Positions 1-13,250 of a stretch of 64,000 nucleotides of DNA are shown piece by piece (the first letter of the stretch is position 1; each line of letters opens with the position of its first letter). The translations under genes were made by a program, and so were the position numbers. The stretch is from contig JBHGNT010000154.1 in the NCBI GenBank assembly GCA_043228905.1, positions 1-64,000 of the forward strand, written 5' to 3'. This stretch comes from Azolla caroliniana (Eukaryota; Plantae; Polypodiophyta). Below the pieces are notes generated by a model. That model saw only the letters and a program-made list of their open reading frames with translations. It was not told the DNA's origin and made no database searches.

Positions 1-951
1 ATGGAATAAAAAAATCAAGATTTTGAAAGTCAGGTCGAGAGACATGACGAAATTAGCAAACTTGAGGAAGGAGTTGAGAGGAGCCCTTGAGTAAATTAAA
101 CTGTTCATACCTGGCTCGTGTGATATCGGATTTTTGTGTTCAAACATGCGTATCGAAGCTAACAACGCTAGCTATGATATGGAATTAGCAAACTTGAGGA
201 AGGAGTTGAGAGCAGTCCTGGAGTAAATTCAAATGTTCATACCTGGCTCGTGTGATATCGGATTTTTGTGTTCAAACATGCGAATCGAAGCTAACAACTC
301 TAGCTATGATATGGAATTAAAAAATCAAGATTTTGAAACTCAGGTCGAGAGACATGATGAAATTACCAAATTTGAGGAGTGAGGTTAGAAGAGCTAGGAG
401 GTAAATTTAAATGTTCATACCTGGTTCGTGTCATATCGGATTTGTGTGTTCAAACATGCGAATCGAAGCTAACAACGCTAGCTATGATAAGGAATTAAAA
501 AATCGAGATTTTGAAACTCAGGTCGAGAGACGTGACAAAATTAGCAAACTTGAGGAGGTAGTTGAGAGGAGCCCTTGAGTAAATTAAAATGTTCATACCT
601 CGCTCGTGTGATATCGGATTTCTGTGTTCAAACATGCGAATCGAAGCTAACAATGCTAGCTATGATATGGAATTAAAAAATCAAGCTTTTGAAACTCAGG
701 TCGAGAGACATGACGAAAATAGCAAACTTGAGGAGGGAGTTGAGAGGAGCCCTTGAGTAAATTAAACTGTTCATACCTGGTTCGTGTCATATCGGATTTA
801 TATGTTCAAACATGCGAATCGAAGCTAACAACGCTAGCTATGATAAGGAATTAAAAAATCGAGATTTTGAAACTCAGGTCGAGAGACGTGACAAAATTAG
901 CAAACTTGAGGAGGGAGTTGAGACGAGCCCTTGAGTAAATTAAAATGTTCA
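1..951 (-). repeat. 178-bp satellite monomers in reverse orientation (~5.5 copies), running off the window start
   Basis: Sequence is the reverse complement of the main monomer (e.g. GGATTTTTGTGTTCAAACATGCG, GAGTAAATTAAAATGTTCATACC). ATGG recurs at 1 and 179, giving a period of 178. Confidence 0.98.
179..310 (-). repeat. Truncated 132-bp monomer (46-bp deletion at AATTA microhomology, ~183-187)
   Basis: ATGGAATTA is followed directly by GCAAACTTG. In the intact monomer AATTA occurs twice, 46 bp apart. The next ATGG is at 311 (132 = 178-46). Confidence 0.95.
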
Positions 952-956
952 CACAA
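946..956. other. Satellite strand-inversion junction
   Basis: ...GAGTAAATTAAAATGTTC-A-CACAAAAATCCGATATC...: the reverse-oriented monomer ends at 951 and the forward monomer starts at 951, sharing one A. Confidence 0.97.
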
Positions 957-2089
957 AAATCCGATATCACACGAGCCAGGTATGAACATTTGAATTTACT
1001 CAAGGACTGCTCTCAACTCCTTCCTCAAGTTTGCTAATTTCGTCATGTCTCTCGACCTGAGTTTCAAAACCTTGATTTTTTAATTCCATATCATAGCTAG
1101 CGTTGTTAGCTTCGATTCGCATGTTTGAACACAAAAATCCGATATCACACGAGCCAGGTATAAACATTTTAATTTACCTACTAGCTCTTCTCAACTCCCT
1201 CCTCAAATTTGGTAATTTCGTCAGGTCTCTCGACCTGAGTTTCAAAATCCTGATTTTTTAAATCCATATCATAGCTAGCGTTGTTAGCTTCGATTCGCAT
1301 GTTTGAACACAAAAATCCGATATCACACGAGCCAGGTATGAACAGTTTAATTTACTCAAGGGCTCCTCTCAACTCCCTCCTCAAGTTTGCTATTTTCGTC
1401 ATGTCTCTCGACCTGAGTTTCAAAATCTTGATTTTTAAATTCCATATCATAGCTAGCGTTGTTACCTTCGACTCGCATGTTTGAACACAAAAATCCGATA
1501 TCACACGAGCCAGGTATGAACATTTTAATTTACTCAAGGACTCCTCTCAACTCCTTCCTCAAGTTTGCTAATTTCGTCATGTCTCTCGACCTGAGTTTCA
1601 AAACCTTGATTTTTTAATTCCATATCATAGCTAGCATTGTTAGCTTCGATTCGCATGTTTGAACACAAAAATCCGATATAACACGAGCCAGGTATGAACA
1701 TTTTAATTTACTCAAGGACTCCTCTCAACCCCTTCCTCAAGTTTTGTAATTTCGTCATGTCTCTCGACCTGACTTTCAAAATCTTGATTTTTTAATTCCA
1801 TATCATAGCTAGCGTTGTTAGCTTCGATACGCATGTTTGAACACAAAAATCCGATATCACACGAGCCAGGTATGAACAGTTTAATTTACTCAAGGGCTCC
1901 TCTCAACTCCTTCCTCAAGTTTGCTAATTTCGTCATGTCTCTCGACCTGACTTTCAAAATCTTGATTTTTTAATTCCATATCATAGCTAGCGTTGTTAGC
2001 TTCGATTCGCATGTTTGAACACAAAAATACGATATCACACGAGCCAGGTATGAACAGTTTAATTTACTCAAGGGCTCCTCTCGACTCCT

Positions 2090-5000
2090 TCCTCAAGTTT
2101 GCTAATTTCGTCATGTCTCTCGACCTGACTTTCAAAATCTTGATTTTTTAATTCCATATCATAGCTAGCGTTGTTAGCTTCGATTCGCATGTTTGAACAC
2201 AAAAATCCGATATCACACGAGCCAGGTATGAACATTTGAATTTACTCAAGGACTGCTCTCAACTCCTTCCTCAAGTTTGCTAATTTCGTCATGTCTCTCG
2301 ACCTGAGTTTCAAAACCTTGATTTTTTAATTCCATATCATAGCTAGCGTTGTTAGCTTCGATTCGCATGTTTGAACACAAAAATCCGATATAACACGAGC
2401 CAGGTATGAACATTTTAATTTACTCAAGGACTCCTCTCAACTCCTTCCTCAAGTTTGCTAATTTCGTCATGTCTCTCGACCTGAGTTTCAAAACCTTGAT
2501 TTTTTAATTCCATATCATAGCTAGCATTGTTAGCTTCGATTCGCATGTTTGAACACAAAAATCCGATATAACACGAGCCAGGTATGAACATTTTAATTTA
2601 CTCAAGGACTCCTCTCAACTCCTTCCTCAAGTTTGCTAATTTCGTCATGTCTCTCGACCTGAGTTTCAAAATCTGGATTTTTAAATTCCATATCATAGCT
2701 AGCGTTGTTAGCTTCGATTCGCATGTTTGAACACAAAAATCCGATATCACACGAGCAAGGTATGAACATTTTAATTTACTCAAGGACTCCTCTCAACTCC
2801 TTCCTCAAGTTTGCTAATTTCGTCATGTCTCTCGACCTGAGTTTCAAAACCTTGATTTTTTAATTCCATATCATAGCTAGCATTGTTAGCTTCGATTCGC
2901 ATGTTTGAACACAAAAATCCGATATAACACGAGCCAGGTATGAACATTTTAATTTACTCAAGGACTCCTCTCAACCCCTTCCTCAAGTTTGCTAATTTCG
3001 TCATGTCTCTCGACCTGAGTTTCAAAATCCTGATTTTTTAATTCCATATCATAGCTAGCGTTGTTAGCTTCGATTCGCATGTTTGAACACACAAATCCGA
3101 TATGACACGAACCAGGTATGAACATTTAAATTTACCTCCTAGCTCTTCTAACCTCACTCCTCAAATTTGGTAATTTCATCATGTCTCTCGACCTGAGTTT
3201 CAAAATCTTGATTTTTTAATTCCATATCATAGCTAGAGTTGTTAGCTTCGATTCGCATGTTTGAACACAAAAATCCAATATCACACGAACCAGGTATGAA
3301 CATTTTAATTTACTCAAGGGCTCCTCTCAACTCCTTCCTCAAGTTAGCTAATTTCGTCATGTCTCTCGACCTGAGTTTCAAAATCTTGATTTTTTAATTC
3401 CATGTCATAGCTAGCGTTGTTAGCTTCGATTCGCATGTTTGAACACAAAAATCCGATATCACACGAGCCAGGTATGAACATTTTAATTTACTCAAGGGCT
3501 CGTCTCAACTCCCTCCTCAAGTTTGCTAATTTCGTCATTTCTCTCAACCTGAGTTTCAAAATCTTGATTTTTTAATTCCATATCATAGCTAGCATTGTTA
3601 GCTTCGATTCGCATGTTTGAACACAGAAATCCGATATCACACGAGCCAGGTATGAACCTTTTAATTTACTCAAGGGCTCGTCTGAACTCCCTCCTCAAGT
3701 TTGCTAATTTTGTCACGTCTCTCGACCTGAGTTTCAAAATCTCGATTTTTTAATTCCTTATCATAGCTAGCGTTGTTAGCTTCGATTCGCATGTTTGAAC
3801 ATATAAATCCGATATGACACGAACCAGGTATGAACAGTTTAATTTACTCAAGGGCTCCTCTCAACTCCCTCCTCAAGTTTGCTATTTTCGTCATGTCTCT
3901 CAACCTGAGTTTCAAAATCTTGATTTTTTAATTCCATATCATAGCTAGCATTGTTAGCTTCGATTCGCATGTTTGAACACAAAAATCCGATATAACACGA
4001 GCCAGGTATGAACATTTTAATTTACTCAAGGACTCCTCTCAACTCCTTCCTCAAGTTTGCTAATTTCGTCATGTCTCTCGACCTGAGTTTCAAAATCTGG
4101 ATTTTTTAATTCCATATCATAGCTAGCGTTGTTAGCTTCGATTCGCATGTTTGAACACAAAAATCCGATATCACACGAGCCAGGTATAAACATTTTAATT
4201 TACCTACTAGCTCTTCTCAACTCCCTCCTCAAATTTGGTAATTTCGTCAGGTCTCTCGACCTGAGTTTCAAAATCCTGATTTTTTAATTCCATATCATAG
4301 CTAGCGTTGTTAGCTTCGATTCGCATGTTTGAACACAAAAATCCGATATCACACGAGCCAGGTATGAACAGTTTAATTTACTCAAGGGCTCCTCTCAACT
4401 CCCTCCTCAAGTTTGCTATTTTCGTCATGTCTCTCGACCTGAGTTTCAAAATCTTGATTTTTAAATTCCATATCATAGCTAGCGTTGTTACCTTCGACTC
4501 GCATGTTTGAACACAAAAATCCGATATCACACGAGCCAGGTATGAACATTTTAATTTACTCAAGGACTCCTCTCAACTCCTTCCTCAAGTTTGCTAATTT
4601 CGTCATGTCTCTCGACCTGAGTTTCAAAACCTTGATTTTTTAATTCCATATCATAGCTAGCATTGTTAGCTTCGATTCGCATGTTTGAACACAAAAATCC
4701 GATATAACACGAGCCAGGTATGAACATTTTAATTTACTCAAGGACTCCTCTCAACCCCTTCCTCAAGTTTGGTAATTTCGTCATGTCTCTCGACCTGAGT
4801 TTCAAAATCCTGATTTTTTAATTCCATATCATAGCTAGCGTTGTTAGCTTCGATACGCATGTTTGAACACAAAAATCCGATATCACACGAGCCAGGTATG
4901 AACAGTTTAATTTACTCAAGGGCTCCTCTCAACTCCTTCCTCAAGTTTGCTAATTTCGTCATGTCTCTCGACCTGACTTTCAAAATCTTGATTTTTTTAT

Positions 5001-8000
5001 TCCATATCATAGCTAGCGTTGTTAGCTTCGATTCGCATGTTTGAACACAAAAATCCGATATCACACGAGCCAGGTATGAACATTTGAATTTACTCCAGGA
5101 CTGCTCTCAACTCCTTCCTCAAGTTTGCTAATTTCGTCATGTCTCTCGACCTGAGTTTCAAAACCTTGATTTTTTAATTCCATATCATAGCTAGCGTTGT
5201 TAGCTTCGATTCGCATGTTTGAACACAAAAATCCGATATAACACGAGCCAGGTATGAACATTTTAATTTACTCAAGGACTCCTCTCAACTCCTTCCTCAA
5301 GTTTGCTAATTTCGTCATGTCTCTCGACCTGAGTTTCAAAATCTGGATTTTTTAATTCCATATCATAGCTAGCGTTGTTAGCTTCGATTCGCATGTTTGA
5401 ACACAAAAATCCGATATCACACGAGCCAGGTATAAACATTTTAATTTACCTACTAGCTCTTCTCAACTCCCTCCTCAAATTTGGTAATTTCGTCAGGTCT
5501 CTCGACCTGAGTTTCAAAATCCTGATTTTTTAATTCCATATCATAGCTAGCGTTGTTAGCTTCGATTCGCATGTTTGAACACAAAAATCCGATATCACAC
5601 GAGCCAGGTATGAACAGTTTAATTTACTCAAGGGCTCCTCTCAACTCCCTCCTCAAGTTTGCTATTTTCGTCATGTCTCTCGACCTGAGTTTCAAAATCT
5701 TGATTTTTAAATTCCATATCATAGCTAGCGTTGTTACCTTCGACTCGCATGTTTGAACACAAAAATCCGATATCACACGAGCCAGGTATGAACATTTTAA
5801 TTTACTCAAGGACTCCTCTCAACTCCTTCCTCAAGTTTGCTAATTTCGTCATGTCTCTCGACCTGAGTTTCAAAACCTTGATTTTTTAATTCCATATCAT
5901 AGCTAGCATTGTTAGCTTCGATTCGCATGTTTGAACACAAAAATCCGATATAACACGAGCCAGGTATGAACATTTTAATTTACTCAAGGACTCCTCTCAA
6001 CCCCTTCCTCAAGTTTGGTAATTTCGTCATGTCTCTCGACCTGAGTTTCAAAATCCTGATTTTTTAATTCCATATCATAGCTAGCGTTGTTAGCTTCGAT
6101 ACGCATGTTTGAACACAAAAATCCGATATCACACGAGCCAGGTATGAACAGTTTAATTTACTCAAGGGCTCCTCTCAACTCCTTCCTCAAGTTTGCTAAT
6201 TTCGTCATGTCTCTCGACCTGACTTTCAAAATCTTGATTTTTTTATTCCATATCATAGCTAGCGTTGTTAGCTTCGATTCGCATGTTTGAACACAAAAAT
6301 CCGATATCACACGAGCCAGGTATGAACATTTGAATTTACTCCAGGACTGCTCTCAACTCCTTCCTCAAGTTTGCTAATTTCGTCATGTCTCTCGACCTGA
6401 GTTTCAAAACCTTGATTTTTTAATTCCATATCATAGCTAGCGTTGTTAGCTTCGATTCGCATGTTTGAACACAAAAATCCGATATAACACGAGCCAGGTA
6501 TGAACATTTTAATTTACTCAAGGACTCCTCTCAACTCCTTCCTCAAGTTTGCTAATTTCGTCATGTCTCTCGACCTGACTTTCAAAATCTTGATTTTTTA
6601 ATTCCATATCATAGCTAGCGTTGTTAGCTTCGATTCGCATGTTTGAACACAAAAATCCGATATCACACGAGCCAGGTATGAACATTTTAATTTACTCAAG
6701 GACTGCTCTCAACTCCTTCCTCAAGTTTGCTAATTTCGTCATGTCTCTCGACCTGAGTTTCAAAACCTTGATTTTTTAATTCCATATCATAGCTAGCGTT
6801 GTTAGCTTCGATTCGCATGTTTGAACACAAAAATCCGATATAACACGAGCCAGGTATGAACATTTTAATTTACTCAAGGACTCCTCTCAACTCCTTCCTC
6901 AAGTTTGCTAATTTCGTCATGTCTCTCGACCTGAGTTTCAAAACCTTGATTTTTTAATTCCATATCATAGCTAGCATTGTTAGCTTCGATTCGCATGTTT
7001 GAACACAAAAATCCGATATAACACGAGCCAGGTATGAACATTTTAATTTACTCAAGGACTCCTCTCAACTCCTTCCTCAAGTTTGCTAATTTCGTCATGT
7101 CTCTCGACCTGAGTTTCAAAATCTGGATTTTTAAATTCCATATCATAGCTAGCGTTGTTAGCTTCGATTCGCATGTTTGAACACAAAAATCCGATATCAC
7201 ACGAGCCAGGTATGAACATTTTAATTTACTCAAGGACTCCTCTCAACTCCTTCCTCAAGTTTGCTAATTTCGTCATGTCTCTCGACCTGAGTTTCAAAAC
7301 CTTGATTTTTTAATTCCATATCATAGCTAGCATTGTTAGCTTCGATTCGCATGTTTGAACACAAAAATCCGATATAACACGAGCCAGGTATGAACATTTT
7401 AATTTACTCAAGGACTCCTCTCAACCCCTTCCTCAAGTTTGCTAATTTCGTCATGTCTCTCGACCTGAGTTTCAAAATCCTGATTTTTTAATTCCATATC
7501 ATAGCTAGCGTTGTTAGCTTCGATTCGCATGTTTGAACACACAAATCCGATATGACACGAACCAGGTATGAACATTTAAATTTACCTCCTAGCTCTTCTA
7601 ACCTCACTCCTCAAATTTGGTAATTTCATCATGTCTCTCGACCTGAGTTTCAAAATCTTGATTTTTTAATTCCATATCATAGCTAGAGTTGTTAGCTTCG
7701 ATTCGCATGTTTGAACACAAAAATCCAATATCACACGAACCAGGTATGAACATTTTAATTTACTCAAGGGCTCCTCTCAACTCCTTCCTCAAGTTAGCTA
7801 ATTTCGTCATGTCTCTCGACCTGAGTTTCAAAATCTTGATTTTTTAATTCCATGTCATAGCTAGCGTTGTTAGCTTCGATTCGCATGTTTGAACACAAAA
7901 ATCCGATATCACACGAGCCAGGTATGAACATTTTAATTTACTCAAGGGCTCGTCTCAACTCCCTCCTCAAGTTTGCTAATTTCGTCATTTCTCTCAACCT

Positions 8001-11000
8001 GAGTTTCAAAATCTTGATTTTTTAATTCCATATCATAGCTAGCATTGTTAGCTTCGATTCGCATGTTTGAACACAGAAATCCGATATCACACGAGCCAGG
8101 TATGAACCTTTTAATTTACTCAAGGGCTCGTCTCAACTCCCTCCTCAAGTTTGCTAATTTTGTCACGTCTCTCGACCTGAGTTTCAAAATCTCGATTTTT
8201 TAATTCCTTATCATAGCTAGCGTTGTTAGCTTCGATTCGCATGTTTGAACATATAAATCCGATATGACACGAACCAGGTATGAACAGTTTAATTTACTCA
8301 AGGGCTCCTCTCAACTCCCTCCTCAAGTTTGCTATTTTCGTCATGTCTCTCGACCTGAGTTTCAAAATCTTGATTTTTTAATTCCATATCATAGCTAGCA
8401 TTGTTAGCTTCGATTCGCATGTTTGAACACAAAAATCCGATATAACACGAGCCAGGTATGAACATTTTAATTTACTCAAGGACTCCTCTCAACTCCTTCC
8501 TCAAGTTTGCTAATTTCGTCATGTCTCTCGACCTGAGTTTCAAAATCTGGATTTTTTAATTCCATATCATAGCTAGCGTTGTTAGCTTCGATTCGCATGT
8601 TTGAACACAAAAATCCGATATCACACGAGCCAGGTATAAACATTTTAATTTACCTACTAGCTCTTCTCAACTCCCTCCTCAAATTTGGTAATTTCGTCAG
8701 GTCTCTCGACCTGAGTTTCAAAATCCTGATTTTTTAATTCCATATCATAGCTAGCGTTGTTAGCTTCGATTCGCATGTTTGAACACAAAAATCCGATATC
8801 ACACGAGCCAGGTATGAACAGTTTAATTTACTCAAGGGCTCCTCTCAACTCCCTCCTCAAGTTTGCTATTTTCGTCATGTCTCTCGACCTGAGTTTCAAA
8901 ATCTTGATTTTTAAATTCCATATCATAGCTAGCGTTGTTACCTTCGACTCGCATGTTTGAACACAAAAATCCGATATCACACGAGCCAGGTATGAACATT
9001 TTAATTTACTCAAGGACTCCTCTCAACTCCTTCCTCAAGTTTGCTAATTTCGTCATGTCTCTCGACCTGAGTTTCAAAACCTTGATTTTTTAATTCCATA
9101 TCATAGCTAGCATTGTTAGCTTCGATTCGCATGTTTGAACACAAAAATCCGATATAACACGAGCCAGGTATGAACATTTTAATTTACTCAAGGACTCCTC
9201 TCAACCCCTTCCTCAAGTTTGGTAATTTCGTCATGTCTCTCGACCTGAGTTTCAAAATCCTGATTTTTTAATTCCATATCATAGCTAGCGTTGTTAGCTT
9301 CGATACGCATGTTTGAACACAAAAATCCGATATCACACGAGCCAGGTATGAACAGTTTAATTTACTCAAGGGCTCCTCTCAACTCCTTCCTCAAGTTTGC
9401 TAATTTCGTCATGTCTCTCGACCTGACTTTCAAAATCTTGATTTTTTTATTCCATATCATAGCTAGCGTTGTTAGCTTCGATTCGCATGTTTGAACACAA
9501 AAATCCGATATCACACGAGCCAGGTATGAACATTTGAATTTACTCCAGGACTGCTCTCAACTCCTTCCTCAAGTTTGCTAATTTCGTCATGTCTCTCGAC
9601 CTGAGTTTCAAAACCTTGATTTTTTAATTCCATATCATAGCTAGCGTTGTTAGCTTCGATTCGCATGTTTGAACACAAAAATCCGATATAACACGAGCCA
9701 GGTATGAACATTTTAATTTACTCAAGGACTCCTCTCAACTCCTTCCTCAAGTTTGCTAATTTCGTCATGTCTCTCGACCTGAGTTTCAAAATCTGGATTT
9801 TTTAATTCCATATCATAGCTAGCGTTGTTAGCTTCGATTCGCATGTTTGAACACAAAAATCCGATATCACACGAGCCAGGTATAAACATTTTAATTTACC
9901 TACTAGCTCTTCTCAACTCCCTCCTCAAATTTGGTAATTTCGTCAGGTCTCTCGACCTGAGTTTCAAAATCCTGATTTTTTAATTCCATATCATAGCTAG
10001 CGTTGTTAGCTTCGATTCGCATGTTTGAACACAAAAATCCGATATCACACGAGCCAGGTATGAACAGTTTAATTTACTCAAGGGCTCCTCTCAACTCCCT
10101 CCTCAAGTTTGCTATTTTCGTCATGTCTCTCGACCTGAGTTTCAAAATCTTGATTTTTAAATTCCATATCATAGCTAGCGTTGTTACCTTCGACTCGCAT
10201 GTTTGAACACAAAAATCCGATATCACACGAGCCAGGTATGAACATTTTAATTTACTCAAGGACTCCTCTCAACTCCTTCCTCAAGTTTGCTAATTTCGTC
10301 ATGTCTCTCGACCTGAGTTTCAAAACCTTGATTTTTTAATTCCATATCATAGCTAGCATTGTTAGCTTCGATTCGCATGTTTGAACACAAAAATCCGATA
10401 TAACACGAGCCAGGTATGAACATTTTAATTTACTCAAGGACTCCTCTCAACCCCTTCCTCAAGTTTGGTAATTTCGTCATGTCTCTCGACCTGAGTTTCA
10501 AAATCCTGATTTTTTAATTCCATATCATAGCTAGCGTTGTTAGCTTCGATACGCATGTTTGAACACAAAAATCCGATATCACACGAGCCAGGTATGAACA
10601 GTTTAATTTACTCAAGGGCTCCTCTCAACTCCTTCCTCAAGTTTGCTAATTTCGTCATGTCTCTCGACCTGACTTTCAAAATCTTGATTTTTTTATTCCA
10701 TATCATAGCTAGCGTTGTTAGCTTCGATTCGCATGTTTGAACACAAAAATCCGATATCACACGAGCCAGGTATGAACATTTGAATTTACTCCAGGACTGC
10801 TCTCAACTCCTTCCTCAAGTTTGCTAATTTCGTCATGTCTCTCGACCTGAGTTTCAAAACCTTGATTTTTTAATTCCATATCATAGCTAGCGTTGTTAGC
10901 TTCGATTCGCATGTTTGAACACAAAAATCCGATATAACACGAGCCAGGTATGAACATTTTAATTTACTCAAGGACTCCTCTCAACTCCTTCCTCAAGTTT

Positions 11001-11050
11001 GCTAATTTCGTCATGTCTCTCGACCTGACTTTCAAAATCTTGATTTTTTT
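2090..11050 (+). repeat. 25-monomer (4,450-bp) tandem duplication, ~2.1-6.6 kb copied at ~6.55-11.05 kb
   Basis: ORF pairs 2598/7048, 4307/8757, 4841/9291, 5553/10003, 6087/10537 and 6307/10757 are all offset by 4450. The diverged block 3061-3900 recurs at 7511-8350. A few differences exist (2238/6688, 2758/7208, 3684/8134, 3902/8352). Ends are approximate. Confidence 0.9.
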
Positions 11051-13250
11051 ATTCCATATCATAGCTAGCGTTGTTAGCTTCGATTCGCATGTTTGAACAC
11101 AAAAATCCGATATCACACGAGCCAGGTATGAACATTTGAATTTACTCCAGGACTGCTCTCAACTCCTTCCTCAAGTTTGCTAATTTCGTCATGTCTCTCG
11201 ACCTGAGTTTCAAAACCTTGATTTTTTAATTCCATATCATAGCTAGCGTTGTTAGCTTCGATTCGCATGTTTGAACACAAAAATCCGATATAACACGAGC
11301 CAGGTATGAACATTTTAATTTACTCAAGGACTCCTCTCAACTCCTTCCTCAAGTTTGCTAATTTCGTCATGTCTCTCGACCTGAGTTTCAAAATCTGGAT
11401 TTTTTAATTCCATATCATAGCTAGCGTTGTTAGCTTCGATTCGCATGTTTGAACACAAAAATCCGATATCACACGAGCCAGGTATAAACATTTTAATTTA
11501 CCTACTAGCTCTTCTCAACTCCCTCCTCAAATTTGGTAATTTCGTCAGGTCTCTCGACCTGAGTTTCAAAATCCTGATTTTTTAATTCCATATCATAGCT
11601 AGCGTTGTTAGCTTCGATTCGCATGTTTGAACACAAAAATCCGATATCACACGAGCCAGGTATGAACAGTTTAATTTACTCAAGGGCTCCTCTCAACTCC
11701 CTCCTCAAGTTTGCTATTTTCGTCATGTCTCTCGACCTGAGTTTCAAAATCTTGATTTTTAAATTCCATATCATAGCTAGCGTTGTTACCTTCGACTCGC
11801 ATGTTTGAACACAAAAATCCGATATCACACGAGCCAGGTATGAACATTTTAATTTACTCAAGGACTCCTCTCAACTCCTTCCTCAAGTTTGCTAATTTCG
11901 TCATGTCTCTCGACCTGAGTTTCAAAACCTTGATTTTTTAATTCCATATCATAGCTAGCATTGTTAGCTTCGATTCGCATGTTTGAACACAAAAATCCGA
12001 TATAACACGAGCCAGGTATGAACATTTTAATTTACTCAAGGACTCCTCTCAACCCCTTCCTCAAGTTTGGTAATTTCGTCATGTCTCTCGACCTGAGTTT
12101 CAAAATCCTGATTTTTTAATTCCATATCATAGCTAGCGTTGTTAGCTTCGATACGCATGTTTGAACACAAAAATCCGATATCACACGAGCCAGGTATGAA
12201 CAGTTTAATTTACTCAAGGGCTCCTCTCAACTCCTTCCTCAAGTTTGCTAATTTCGTCATGTCTCTCGACCTGACTTTCAAAATCTTGATTTTTTTATTC
12301 CATATCATAGCTAGCGTTGTTAGCTTCGATTCGCATGTTTGAACACAAAAATCCGATATCACACGAGCCAGGTATGAACATTTGAATTTACTCCAGGACT
12401 GCTCTCAACTCCTTCCTCAAGTTTGCTAATTTCGTCATGTCTCTCGACCTGAGTTTCAAAACCTTGATTTTTTAATTCCATATCATAGCTAGCGTTGTTA
12501 GCTTCGATTCGCATGTTTGAACACAAAAATCCGATATAACACGAGCCAGGTATGAACATTTTAATTTACTCAAGGACTCCTCTCAACTCCTTCCTCAAGT
12601 TTGCTAATTTCGTCATGTCTCTCGACCTGAGTTTCAAAATCTGGATTTTTTAATTCCATATCATAGCTAGCGTTGTTAGCTTCGATTCGCATGTTTGAAC
12701 ACAAAAATCCGATATCACACGAGCCAGGTATAAACATTTTAATTTACCTACTAGCTCTTCTCAACTCCCTCCTCAAATTTGGTAATTTCGTCAGGTCTCT
12801 CGACCTGAGTTTCAAAATCCTGATTTTTTAATTCCATATCATAGCTAGCGTTGTTAGCTTCGATTCGCATGTTTGAACACAAAAATCCGATATCACACGA
12901 GCCAGGTATGAACAGTTTAATTTACTCAAGGGCTCCTCTCAACTCCCTCCTCAAGTTTGCTATTTTCGTCATGTCTCTCGACCTGAGTTTCAAAATCTTG
13001 ATTTTTAAATTCCATATCATAGCTAGCGTTGTTACCTTCGACTCGCATGTTTGAACACAAAAATCCGATATCACACGAGCCAGGTATGAACATTTTAATT
13101 TACTCAAGGACTCCTCTCAACTCCTTCCTCAAGTTTGCTAATTTCGTCATGTCTCTCGACCTGAGTTTCAAAACCTTGATTTTTTAATTCCATATCATAG
13201 CTAGCATTGTTAGCTTCGATTCGCATGTTTGAACACAAAAATCCGATATA
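3950..13250 (+). repeat. 7-monomer (1,246-bp) higher-order repeat, several full and partial copies, one extended to 9 monomers
   Basis: Identical ORFs are offset by 1246 (4307/5553, 4841/6087, 5061/6307, 8757/10003, 11605/12851). 10003/11605 = 1602 because of an extra 356-bp dimer (10757/11113). The order of variant monomers is conserved. Confidence 0.9.

Noticed and set aside
900-1030. Recent fold-back (breakage-fusion-bridge) palindrome
   Set aside because: The arms flanking the 31-nt spacer are different monomer variants rather than mirror copies of each other.
951-1128. Arabidopsis thaliana CEN178/CEN180 identity
   Set aside because: Same length, but I see none of the motifs I recall from that consensus (e.g. 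AAGCTTTGAGAAGCAAGAAGAAGG). A BLAST search would settle it.
951-1128. tRNA/5S rRNA/SINE origin or tandem RNA gene array
   Set aside because: I could not find a cloverleaf, Pol III A/B boxes or 5S rRNA similarity by eye. A covariance-model search (Infernal/Rfam) would be needed to exclude it fully.
1035-1130. CENP-B box-like motifs at the TTCG sites
   Set aside because: TTCG is present but the downstream A..CGGG core of NTTCGNNNNANNCGGGN is not.
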